From the IMG/VR virus record IMGVR_UViG_3300017754_000326, positions 1 through 25,974 of that record: 25,974 nt of DNA; one strand, written 5' to 3'. The notes beneath the pieces are model-generated. The model saw nothing but the letters and a program-made list of their open reading frames with translations. It searched no databases and was not told the origin of the DNA. Shown here one piece after another: positions 17,415 through 25,974 of this stretch. Position 1 is the first letter of the stretch. Each line of letters starts with the position of its first letter. Origin of the DNA: a virus. Taxonomy: Duplodnaviria; Caudoviricetes. The position numbers and the translations under genes were made by a program.

Positions 17415-18451
17415 AGTAATGTATTAGGCCATTCCGTAAATTCATCGTTAAATCCAAAGTGGTCATCTGGTGCAGAATCTTGTGGTACTGCTGTAGTAAC
17501 TATATGTACCGCTTTAAGTGGTGTAACATCGGTTCTAGTTACTGTGTAAGTCGCGCCAGAATAATCTCCAGTAATAACATTGTTTGGAGAAAATAGTCCA
17601 TTCAATTCACCAACAATTAATATTCCATTGGTATTATTGGAAAAATATATAACTTTACCAGTATAATATGAACTGCCATTGGCTCTTACAGTTTCACCTA
17701 TGGTGTAGTAATTATTACCGTTTTGATAATCTACATATAATTTTTGTGCATCACGATTTTGAGTGTTAATATAAATGTTGGTGTTTGCTTGACCATATCT
17801 TCCTGATGTGGTGCTATATGAACCAATAACACCACCAGGTTCTTCTACTGCTGGCCATAGATAACTTTTTACGGTAAATTCTAAATCCCAAATAATCAAT
17901 CTGGTTGTACCATCAGCCATGCCGCCTTCATAATCTGTGGTGGTATTAACTGAATTTAGTATGATTGGCATATCATACTTTTGATCCATACCAGGAATCA
18001 TATCAACAGTAACTGTGAAATCTGGTTTGAAGAATGGTAAAATCTGTTCTACAATTTGTGTGCCGTCATCTGTGTTACGAACATAGATTGACATTGAAAA
18101 ATTAAAATTATATGGAACAGGAACATATTGTGCGCTAACTCCACCTGTGCTATTCATCGCAAAGTTTTTAATCAGAGATTGTTGTTTGCGTGAATTGTCA
18201 TAACTCATACCAGTCAATTCAAATGAAATGCGTGGTACATTTACCGCGATGGTTTTTGTTAGTGTAGGATCGGATGTGATAGCAGTTAGGTATCTCTCTT
18301 TTGAACCAAATGAAAGAGGTACTTTAAATATTTCTTTTTTTGTTTTACCGTCACGCATATATCTTTGCAGTTGGATATCATTGAATAGAGTACCAAACGC
18401 AACAACAATTTTGCGAATCGAACGGTTATAATATTGCGACTTGCCTAACAT
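17411..18451 (-). CDS. gp15: Tail sheath stabiliser / terminator gp15
   Basis: IRKIVVAFGTLFNDI, VPRISFE, PVPYN and QIVEQILPFFKP, plus a C-terminal extra domain. Confidence 0.95.
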   Translation of the reverse strand: MLGKSQYYNRSIRKIVVAFGTLFNDIQLQRYMRDGKTKKEIFKVPLSFGSKERYLTAITSDPTLTKTIAVNVPRISFELTGMSYDNSRKQQSLIKNFAMNSTGGVSAQYVPVPYNFNFSMSIYVRNTDDGTQIVEQILPFFKPDFTVTVDMIPGMDQKYDMPIILNSVNTTTDYEGGMADGTTRLIIWDLEFTVKSYLWPAVEEPGGVIGSYSTTSGRYGQANTNIYINTQNRDAQKLYVDYQNGNNYYTIGETVRANGSSYYTGKVIYFSNNTNGILIVGELNGLFSPNNVITGDYSGATYTVTRTDVTPLKAVHIVTTAVPQDSAPDDHFGFNDEFTEWPNTLL

Positions 18452-19338
18452 TATGGTTCACCAAATGGGTTAACTTCAGAGAAATCAATAATAGAATCTG
18501 ATTCGCTTTCAATTCTAGCATTATCTTGAATGTCTTCGAATGCAGTATTCATGTAGGCAGTATCGTCTACCACATTGATGCTCCATATAGCATTACTTGT
18601 ATTACCAATTACATTACCTGATGCAAAAGTACCTTGTACCAAAATAATATCTAGGTGAGTATTTGGCACAAAATCGTGAACAATGGCTTGAGCATTAGCG
18701 TAAGCTAAGTTGGCACCCTGATAAACGATTTCATCATTGATATATTTACCAGTACCACCGGCTGCTAGTGAAATTTTTGTGCGTGGGTAGTAGTTACGAA
18801 CTTGGTCATCAATCTCTGCAATACCAGTTGAAATAATTTCATTAGAGAATACATACTGTTTCAGTTTCAACGCATACACATAAACATTTCCACCGCGACC
18901 ACGACCTAAGGTGTAGAACATTGTTTGTTGGTTTTCATGCTCAACAAAAGTAATCTCAAATAGATTCTTTAGCAACGGTACATAAATCAAATCACCTTCA
19001 TTAGGTCTTGTTTGAGGTACTGTTGCTACAAATCTACGGCGAGAAACCAACAATGTCATTTCATCACGAATCTCTAGACCAAACTTAGATATGAAATCTT
19101 GCTCACCTTCCATACCTGTAATATTTTCCATATACATCTCAAGTGGAAATACAGTATTATATTGCTTGAGTGTATCTTCACCAAATAGAAAATCTACCGA
19201 ATCTCTGCTGCTACGAGGCAAATAAAATACATCCATGCCATACATCTGCATAGCTTCAATGACCAAATCCTCCACAAGCAATTGCTCGGGAGTAATCTGG
19301 CTAGTAGGAAACGGATTGAAATAGAAATTTGTTGCCAT
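18451..19338 (-). CDS. gp14: Neck protein gp14
   Basis: YGMDVFYLPR, SKFGLEIRDE, RPNEGDLIY and the terminal DFSEVNPFG. Confidence 0.95.
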   Translation of the reverse strand: MATNFYFNPFPTSQITPEQLLVEDLVIEAMQMYGMDVFYLPRSSRDSVDFLFGEDTLKQYNTVFPLEMYMENITGMEGEQDFISKFGLEIRDEMTLLVSRRRFVATVPQTRPNEGDLIYVPLLKNLFEITFVEHENQQTMFYTLGRGRGGNVYVYALKLKQYVFSNEIISTGIAEIDDQVRNYYPRTKISLAAGGTGKYINDEIVYQGANLAYANAQAIVHDFVPNTHLDIILVQGTFASGNVIGNTSNAIWSINVVDDTAYMNTAFEDIQDNARIESESDSIIDFSEVNPFGEP

Positions 19339-19340
19339 TA

Positions 19341-20294
19341 TTAACCTGTAAATATCTCACTTGGTAAACTGTTGTAATTGTAAATTTCTTCCTCAATCTT
19401 ATCAATCTCCGTTTGAGCTTCATCCCAAATTTCTTTGCCATTTAACATGACACCACCAGGCATTTGTATGCCACCAAATTTTTTTAGGTTTTCACCCCAT
19501 TGTCTTTTAATCAATGCTGTACCATATCGTTTCAAAACTTTATCATCCCAAACATCAGACACACCAGCAACAGTTAGTGTACCACCAGTTATAGGTGATG
19601 CAACAGGACTATACAGTTCTAATGATGTTGGCGATGAAATTCTTTTTATCTGTTTGTTCTCGCTACCAATAGTGATGATATCATTCTCTAAAAGTTCTTG
19701 GTCAAAAATTGTACCAGTTCCAGAAACTGTATTTGCTGTTGTTGTAGCAGCAACAGTACCAGTTAATGTAACGGTATCAGGAATAAGTTTTCTATAGCAT
19801 TCTACAATAACATAATCACCCACATGAACATCACTATTCCAATCTATGTCAAGGAATATTTTGTTTAGTTTACGGTTAAATCTAAACTGTGGTGTACCAG
19901 AGAATAGAAGTTGAAGTGTGCGAATATGCTGCATCGTAATCTCATATGAGACATACGAAACAGAAGTAAAATCATACAGGTCATGCAGACGCAATTGGTA
20001 ACGCAAGTCGAACATATTGATTGATGAGTTTGAATCGTCAAATGGTAGAACACCAGTCACAAATGTTACGGCATCAGGGCAATAAATCCAACGGCGATTA
20101 ATGTCTTCAGCGGTAATCATGTGCTTCATATAAATCTTTTCAGTTCCATCAAAGTGGTAATCTTGAAAAAATTGTAGAGCATCGTCTATACGATCTTCTA
20201 CCTGGTCATCATCTACGTTAATTTGAATAACTGGAAAACCTAATCTGCGAAGACAGTATGTTTTAAATTGTTGGCGAGTAACCGGTTTAGCCAT
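19341..20294 (-). CDS. gp13: Neck protein gp13
   Basis: YCLRRLGFPVIQINVDDDQVEDRIDDA and KRQWGENLKKF...PGGVMLNG. Start moved from 20318 to the ATG at 20294 (MAKPVTRQQ), which gives a short 8 nt overlap like others in the window. Confidence 0.95.
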   Translation of the reverse strand: MAKPVTRQQFKTYCLRRLGFPVIQINVDDDQVEDRIDDALQFFQDYHFDGTEKIYMKHMITAEDINRRWIYCPDAVTFVTGVLPFDDSNSSINMFDLRYQLRLHDLYDFTSVSYVSYEITMQHIRTLQLLFSGTPQFRFNRKLNKIFLDIDWNSDVHVGDYVIVECYRKLIPDTVTLTGTVAATTTANTVSGTGTIFDQELLENDIITIGSENKQIKRISSPTSLELYSPVASPITGGTLTVAGVSDVWDDKVLKRYGTALIKRQWGENLKKFGGIQMPGGVMLNGKEIWDEAQTEIDKIEEEIYNYNSLPSEIFTG

Positions 20295-20874
20295 TCTGTT
20301 TTTTCTCCAGTCTTTCAACTTTTTCTGTTAGTTCTTTAATAGCCTCAATTAACAAAGGAACCAATTTTTCATACTGGACTGTTTTATAATTTTGGCCAGA
20401 TTTTGAATGTTCTACACCATCATCACCTTTGACAATATCAAATGGTGCTGGTTTAACAATCTGTGGTAAAATTGATTCGACTTCTTGTGCAATAACACCA
20501 ATCTGTTCTGATTGGTCGGTATAACCATATGAAGCAGCAACAGAGTTGTTTATATAAACAACACCCGATAATGAATTCACTTTATCTAATGGATTAGGTA
20601 TCGTAGTAATAATAGTTTTCAATCGACCATCAGAATAGTATGCTGTGATATTATTTGTTGCTCTTATTTCACCATTATTACCAGATGCTGCGGTGCCTAC
20701 ACCTATTGAACCAAATTGTACGTTGGTTGTAGTGTTTGAAGTTGGAGTTAATGCATTATTAGCAGCATTAAATGCAGCAGTAATACTGTTGTTCTGTGTT
20801 ATATCGGTGCCAGTTGAAATACCGTAGACACCGGTATTTGAAATGTTTGTTGGTTTTATTTTAGTTATTGGCAT
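20287..20874 (-). CDS. Short fibre-like protein with C-terminal intramolecular chaperone (peptidase S74) domain
   Basis: Autocleavage motif YYSDGRLK (Ser...Lys), IGVIAQEVE and VQYEKLVPLLIEAIKEL coiled coil. Confidence 0.88.
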   Translation of the reverse strand: MPITKIKPTNISNTGVYGISTGTDITQNNSITAAFNAANNALTPTSNTTTNVQFGSIGVGTAASGNNGEIRATNNITAYYSDGRLKTIITTIPNPLDKVNSLSGVVYINNSVAASYGYTDQSEQIGVIAQEVESILPQIVKPAPFDIVKGDDGVEHSKSGQNYKTVQYEKLVPLLIEAIKELTEKVERLEKKQNG

Positions 20875-20881
20875 GATATTC

Positions 20882-20889
20882 TATTTATT
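20882..20889 (-). promoter_or_regulatory. Late promoter variant AATAAATA
   Basis: 7 nt before the ATG of the S74 gene; AT-rich context lowers certainty. Confidence 0.55.
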
Positions 20890-23800
20890 ATATTTCGGAA
20901 TAAGCATCTATTGGAACACTAAAGTTTGCAACATATCTGGCATATCCTTTTGTTATTCTCAATTCATCTAGATAACCATTCCAACTTTCAGTTCCTGCTG
21001 CATTAGAACCAATTGACACGTTGGATACGGATGCCATAGAAATGGCAAATGCCGCAGTATTAACTTGCGATCCATTTAAGAAAATTCTCATAGTTCCATT
21101 ACTTCTTGTTGCGGCAAAATGGTGCCATGTATTCATCGTAACGCCTGAGTTATTTGCAAAAGCTACGTTTGATGAACCACTATAGAAGCAAAGGTTTGCA
21201 GCATTTACACCCAAAGTAAATCTTCCTGATGTTGTATCTGTTGCTGAACTTCTCGTTGAAAAGATTGTTCTTATACCACTACCTTGGCCGCTTGAAGTAT
21301 TTGCGGAAGAATATAACCATCCTTCCATCGTAAAATCACCAGCAGCAAACGCATAGGTATCTGCTATAGCAGAGTTAGCAACAAAATAGTCTCCTGTTCC
21401 ATCAAAGAATAGAGAACTTGTTCCAAACTTATCAATTGTGTTTCTCACCGAAGTATTGCTACCCACAGTAAAGATACCATTCAACATAGTTTTATCAAAA
21501 ATTGAACACCCTGTTCCATTTAACAACAGTTTTGTATTTGGCAATCTGGCCAATGGTGTGGTTGATATAGTGGTGTTTGAAGTATAAACGGCAGTTCCAA
21601 CTGTCAATCTAACATCCGCCATGTAACCTGGCCAGTAACGAGTTGTTACGCCATCGTTTGATTGACCAATTCTCGAAAGAGTTCCTGGATAGTTATCACC
21701 ATCAACATAAGTACCGCCAGTTTGTATTCCATCCATATACAGTCTTGTTGTGCCAGATGACCTAACTACTGCAAGATGTTGCCATTGTTTTAATTTTACG
21801 GCAGCGGTGCCCGATGAAAATCTTGTTACTTGTCTGGTATAGAAAGTATAACCATTTGTTGAATCTACACCAACATTTGGTTCTAATCTAGTAGCGCCCG
21901 CAGCTCCTCGTTGATCCCAAATTACAGCATTAGATGGAATTGAAGAAGCGTTCAAATATACCCAACATTCAAAGGTAAAATCACCAGCACCCCAAGCTAT
22001 TGCTGGGTTTGCTGCAAGGTAAATTACATCACTTAATCCGTTAAAACCATATGAAGCGCCATAGATTGATGGACTATAAACACCTTCTGTTGGATTAAAG
22101 GGACTAAATTTAGTTACAGCAGAGTCGCCATTACGAGAAACAATTACCGAACTATTACTTGAAAGAACACCTCGAACAACAAATTGGTTACTATTACAAG
22201 TCAACAACGAAACATTAGCAGAGTTAGCATTTTGACTTGTTGTTGTTAATACATAAGTTGTTGGTGTAAAATTTGAAGTATATAAAGCTTGACCTTTTGT
22301 TATTCTAAGGTTAGATATGTATCCGTTAAATGGGAAATTTGTTGATCCACTATTTCTTCTATAACATATTCCCAAAACTTCGATCTCATTTGTTGCTAAA
22401 GAACCATTATTTGTATTAGAAGTTCCTGCCACACCATTAGTGTATACAGTAAAGGTATTTGCACTTCTAACAGCAGCAATATGAGTCCAAGTTTGAGCTG
22501 TTACGGCTGGTCCAGTAATAGTGTTGGCTACATTTTGACCATCTGTAGAAATAGAAAAATTAGGAACTCCACTTATTAATGAAAGTATCCATTGATTAGA
22601 AGACGCTGAACCTCCAGCATTAAATTTAGAAACTATAACTTGTTCGGATGCAAATGCTTGTGCATAAACGAAACATTCTACTGTAAAATCTCCACTACCA
22701 AATTGAAATGCTGCATTATGAGGTACAGTTAAATAATCACCTGTTCCATCAAAATAACCACTCCAATTTGAACCATATGGAGTAAATGATGAAGTCATTA
22801 CGTTACTGTTGTTTCCTCTTGTAATACCACTCATAGCAGTATTACTTGAATCTATTATGGTTAAAGTATTGGAACTTAAATTTGTTTTTAGAGTCAATAA
22901 CTTTACATTAGCAGAGTTAGCATTTTGACTTGTTGTTGTTAAAGATGTATTTGTTGAAGTAAAGTTTGCTGTATATAATGCTTCTTTGGTATATCTTATG
23001 TTTGAAATGTAACCGTAAAAGTCGGTTGATGTATCAGCTCGTCTTCCAATGTATACTTGTGATATGCCAGTTCTATTTGTAGTATTAAGTGCGGTTGAAG
23101 TATCTACTATTCCATTAAAATATATTTTTAAATTTGGATTACTCGACCCACTCTTAACTAATGCTATATGAGTCCATGTATTTTTAGCAACAGTATTAGC
23201 TGTTGTTAATATTGAACCAGTTGATTGGTTATCAATATACAAAGTTCCGTTCGTATTTAATTTTAATGATAAAGCGTTTGCATTTCCGCCAGAACCTTGT
23301 GTATGCCAAAGGCCAACATCGTTTGTTGAAGGCCATACAATTGGATAAAGAAACATTTCTACAGTAAAATCACTATTTTGGTCAAAAATATTAGTACCGC
23401 CAGTATTAACAATAATGTAATCACCAGAACCATCAAAAAAAGCAGAACCATCAACTATTGTTGGTGCTGCAAATGGAGTATTTTTTGTTGGTCTTATGCC
23501 TCCAAATAGAGTTATGCTCGCTGCATTTGAAGTAAGACTTTCGTCCATATAAAAAGCATTTGCACTATTAGCAGATTCACCGTTCAACAAGAGAACCGTA
23601 TTTTTCCAATATGAATCTCCACTTGATATGGTCAATGATATTGTTTGTTGAGTTGTTTGATTTTGAGCATCATTTACCAAAATTACCAAATTATTTGTTA
23701 CTGAAGCTTCTGTTACTGTACCTGAAATTAAACCGTTTGCTGAAAGAGTTAATCCTGTTGGTAGTGTACCAGAATACAAACTATATGTTAATGCGCTATC

Positions 23801-24337
23801 ACCTATTGCCGACAATTGCACATTTACATTAAAAGTTACAGAAGTATAACTTGTAGCAGTAAACGAAGGAAATCCGGATACAGAAACGGTAGAATAGATT
23901 GCACCAGCGGTATTACAGAAAACAAATAGGTTATAATTACCAACAGCAATTGCTGGTGTTACTGCTCTAATTTGAGTTGAACTAACAAAAGTGTTACTGA
24001 TTAAAGTATTATTGAAATATACCGATAAGTTTGCGCTAGTAAATCCTGTGCCATTAATCTTGATGTAACCACCATTACTATCAACAGAAGTATCATCCAA
24101 ATTATTATATGAAGCATCAGTAACATTATAAGAAGTGATTGTTGGACCACCACTTACTGCACTGGTAGAATTAGCTTGAGTAACACCATCTGTTACAACT
24201 TCTTTAGTTAATGATTCATTTCCAATACCAGATCCAGAAACGGTAACTGTACCATCTCTATTATTATAAGCAACATAATTGCTAGAAACAGCACTATATG
24301 ATTGAGTTCTTCTTGATCCGGTGGTTCTAATAGCCAT
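20888..24337 (-). CDS. Large virion adhesin-like protein: IPT/TIG-like and Ig-like domains followed by four LamG/concanavalin-A-like lectin domains
   Basis: IKINGTGF...FVSSTQIRAVTP (IPT-like) and GTLPTGLTLSANGLISGT (putative Ig). Four repeats of the pattern FDGxGDY...DFTxExx...WxHxAxVR...GYxxxxR. Confidence 0.88.
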   Translation of the reverse strand: MAIRTTGSRRTQSYSAVSSNYVAYNNRDGTVTVSGSGIGNESLTKEVVTDGVTQANSTSAVSGGPTITSYNVTDASYNNLDDTSVDSNGGYIKINGTGFTSANLSVYFNNTLISNTFVSSTQIRAVTPAIAVGNYNLFVFCNTAGAIYSTVSVSGFPSFTATSYTSVTFNVNVQLSAIGDSALTYSLYSGTLPTGLTLSANGLISGTVTEASVTNNLVILVNDAQNQTTQQTISLTISSGDSYWKNTVLLLNGESANSANAFYMDESLTSNAASITLFGGIRPTKNTPFAAPTIVDGSAFFDGSGDYIIVNTGGTNIFDQNSDFTVEMFLYPIVWPSTNDVGLWHTQGSGGNANALSLKLNTNGTLYIDNQSTGSILTTANTVAKNTWTHIALVKSGSSNPNLKIYFNGIVDTSTALNTTNRTGISQVYIGRRADTSTDFYGYISNIRYTKEALYTANFTSTNTSLTTTSQNANSANVKLLTLKTNLSSNTLTIIDSSNTAMSGITRGNNSNVMTSSFTPYGSNWSGYFDGTGDYLTVPHNAAFQFGSGDFTVECFVYAQAFASEQVIVSKFNAGGSASSNQWILSLISGVPNFSISTDGQNVANTITGPAVTAQTWTHIAAVRSANTFTVYTNGVAGTSNTNNGSLATNEIEVLGICYRRNSGSTNFPFNGYISNLRITKGQALYTSNFTPTTYVLTTTSQNANSANVSLLTCNSNQFVVRGVLSSNSSVIVSRNGDSAVTKFSPFNPTEGVYSPSIYGASYGFNGLSDVIYLAANPAIAWGAGDFTFECWVYLNASSIPSNAVIWDQRGAAGATRLEPNVGVDSTNGYTFYTRQVTRFSSGTAAVKLKQWQHLAVVRSSGTTRLYMDGIQTGGTYVDGDNYPGTLSRIGQSNDGVTTRYWPGYMADVRLTVGTAVYTSNTTISTTPLARLPNTKLLLNGTGCSIFDKTMLNGIFTVGSNTSVRNTIDKFGTSSLFFDGTGDYFVANSAIADTYAFAAGDFTMEGWLYSSANTSSGQGSGIRTIFSTRSSATDTTSGRFTLGVNAANLCFYSGSSNVAFANNSGVTMNTWHHFAATRSNGTMRIFLNGSQVNTAAFAISMASVSNVSIGSNAAGTESWNGYLDELRITKGYARYVANFSVPIDAYSEI
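22212..22942. repeat. Identical 38 bp direct repeat (22212-22249 and 22905-22942)
   Basis: acattagcagagttagcattttgacttgttgttgttaa occurs twice, 693 bp apart, and encodes LTTTSQNANSANV in both copies. Confidence 0.9.
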
Positions 24338-24666
24338 TAAGTAATCTCACTTCCAAATGCGGAATAACTAACTGTGCTTGTTGATGAATTCGATTCAACA
24401 ACATCATTTGCAGATAAAGTAAAACCAAGAGTTAATGTGATAGTATCATTTCCTGGTATAGGTGTATCGTAATTTATATAGTGTTTAGCATCCAGTGCTT
24501 CAGAAGTTGGTCGAACGGACAATTTAAAAGTTGCAGCATTAGCAGACTGATTGCAAACTGTAATTGTGCTAACAACGGTACTTGTTGCAATAGGTACAGA
24601 ATAGACATTTGATGTATTGTTTGCAGTCGATAATACTTGACCAAGAATTTTATAAGTTATCGCCAT
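24337..24666 (-). CDS. Small beta-rich hypothetical protein, probably virion/fibre associated
   Basis: 109 aa, MAITYKILGQ...SAFGSEIT. AAGGA RBS; TAATG overlap with the LamG gene. Confidence 0.75.
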   Translation of the reverse strand: MAITYKILGQVLSTANNTSNVYSVPIATSTVVSTITVCNQSANAATFKLSVRPTSEALDAKHYINYDTPIPGNDTITLTLGFTLSANDVVESNSSTSTVSYSAFGSEIT

Positions 24667-24675
24667 TATTATTCC

Positions 24676-25974
24676 TTATGCACCCATTAACATGAATGGG
24701 CTTATAGTTGAAAATGTATTTGCATAATTGAATGCAGCATTTGCTGTATTTCTTGCAACTTGATCTAGATCAATTGTAGAATTAATTATTTTTACAACAA
24801 GGTCATCACCAGTTGCTGGTGCTTCGGACATTGTAATTTTGGTATTTGAACCAATAATTGTGTATGCACTATTTGGTTGAGTTAAACCATTAACCAAAAC
24901 TATAACATTGTTTTGAATTGCTACAGTACCCATAGTGAATTCTACTGTCGAATTATCGCCAGTAAATGCAAATTCAGTTATAGGAGTATTTGAAAGTAGT
25001 GATGCAGTATTTGCTTTATCAAAGGCAGCATTTGCCGTATCTCTAGCATATTGGTCTGTGCTAGATCCGCCACCACCAGTATTTGCTTGATTGAAGGCTG
25101 CATTAGCGTGATTATATGCTGCGGTTACACTAACTTTTGCTGAATTGGCTGCAATGAATGCTCCGTTAGCGTAAATGCCAGATGAGGTTGCTTTATTGTC
25201 TGCGGTGTTTGCAGCGATAAAAGCACCGTTAGCATATGTACCTGCCGATACAGATTTACTATCAGCAGTATTTGCAGCGATAAAAGCACCATTAGCATAT
25301 GTACCTGATGTAGTAGCTTTATCATCAGCAGTATTTGCTGCGATGAATGCGCCGTTAGCATATGTACCTGCTGCCATAGCATCTGATTCGGCGGTGTTTG
25401 CAGCAATAAATGCACCATTAGCATAGATTCCAGCTGATGTAGCTTTATCATCAGCAGTATTTGCAGCAATAAATGCACCGTTAGCATAGATGCCAGCACC
25501 TGAAGCATTTGTGTTTGCTGTGTTTGCTGCGATGAATGCACCGTTAGCATAGATGCCAGCAGAAGTTGCTTTGTTGTCGGCGGTATTTGCAGCAGCGAAC
25601 GCACCATTGGCATAAGTTGAAGCGGAGTTGGCTACATCAAAAGATGCATTGGTTGTATCGCTGAATAATCTACCATAAACTTTTAATACCGATGTGTTTG
25701 CTCCATTTGGAGTCAAACGCATATTTTCATAGACTAATCCACCACCAGATGGATTGTGAGTCCATACAAAATATTCATTATCATTATCACCGGTCTGAAA
25801 CTCTAATCTATTTTCTGCTCCTAAATCACCGGTGTTGAAGTAAATGATACTTGCAAAATCTGTATTGCCTGTCCAATATAATCCGTTGGCGCTCTTAGTC
25901 CAACTTATATTGCCTGTCATTACGCTACCAGTTTTTAATACTGCATTGTTAGCAGCAGCGAATGCACCATTAGC
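24676..25974 (-). CDS. Tail fibre-like protein with Ala/Asn-rich 21-aa repeats; 5' end lies outside the window
   Basis: The frame stays open beyond 25920 to the window edge (ANGAFAAANNAVLKTGSV-MTGNISW). It contains YANGAFIAANTA repeats and a C-terminal FTGDNSTVEF...VNGLTQ...APATGD beta domain. Confidence 0.8.
   Translation of the reverse strand, partial: ANGAFAAANNAVLKTGSVMTGNISWTKSANGLYWTGNTDFASIIYFNTGDLGAENRLEFQTGDNDNEYFVWTHNPSGGGLVYENMRLTPNGANTSVLKVYGRLFSDTTNASFDVANSASTYANGAFAAANTADNKATSAGIYANGAFIAANTANTNASGAGIYANGAFIAANTADDKATSAGIYANGAFIAANTAESDAMAAGTYANGAFIAANTADDKATTSGTYANGAFIAANTADSKSVSAGTYANGAFIAANTADNKATSSGIYANGAFIAANSAKVSVTAAYNHANAAFNQANTGGGGSSTDQYARDTANAAFDKANTASLLSNTPITEFAFTGDNSTVEFTMGTVAIQNNVIVLVNGLTQPNSAYTIIGSNTKITMSEAPATGDDLVVKIINSTIDLDQVARNTANAAFNYANTFSTISPFMLMGA
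25138..25641 (-). repeat. Eight tandem 63 bp (21 aa) coding repeats
   Basis: YANGAF(I/A)AAN(T/S)A occurs 8 times at 21-residue periodicity; boundaries are approximate. Confidence 0.9.

Noticed and set aside
17050-17427. Plus-strand 125 aa ORF and the other plus-strand ORFs in the track
   Set aside because: All are antisense shadows inside well-supported minus-strand genes, with no recognisable motifs.
20295-20318. Extended gp13 N-terminus MKDWRKNR
   Set aside because: It overlaps the upstream gene by 32 nt; the ATG at 20294 fits typical gp13 starts better.
25125-25613. Alternate-frame 162 aa ORF and antisense ORF 25175-25426
   Set aside because: Both are by-products of the stop-poor tandem repeat in the fibre gene; no RBS or slippery site was noticed.
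25138-25641. 63 bp periodic repeats as a CRISPR array
   Set aside because: The units are in-frame coding repeats with synonymous variation. There are no unique spacers between invariant repeats and no cas genes.
25918-25920. ATG at 25920 as the fibre start codon
   Set aside because: The frame is open to the window edge and encodes another ANGAFAAAN repeat upstream, so the gene starts outside the window.
20888-25974. Diversity-generating retroelement or invertible tail-fibre cassette
   Set aside because: No reverse transcriptase, invertase, adenine-specific TR/VR pair or inverted repeats were seen in this window.

Overview
This window is a segment of a T4-like myovirus genome. All real genes lie on the minus strand. 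In transcription order (right to left) it holds a repeat-rich tail fibre (cut by the window edge), a small adaptor-like ORF, a multi-LamG lectin/Ig protein and a short S74-chaperone protein. Next come neck and tail genes 13-14-15, small terminase 16, an inserted Dps ferritin-like gene and large terminase 17. These are followed by sheath 18, tube 19, portal 20, four prohead-core-region ORFs (one missed by the ORF track), protease 21, scaffold 22, major capsid 23 and gp3. Last are uvsY, uvsW, an Sm-like ORF and a translationally coupled accessory enzyme cluster: a B12-binding radical SAM enzyme, minimal TPP-dependent E1-alpha and E1-beta, and an HddA-like GHMP sugar kinase (cut by the window edge). 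T4-type late promoters (TATAAATA/CTAAATA), one near-consensus sigma70 promoter and three terminator hairpins are visible. The most notable items are the sugar-tailoring enzyme cluster apparently co-transcribed with uvsY/uvsW, and the Dps gene wedged between the two terminase subunits. All assignments come from motif recognition and gene order; no database search was run.
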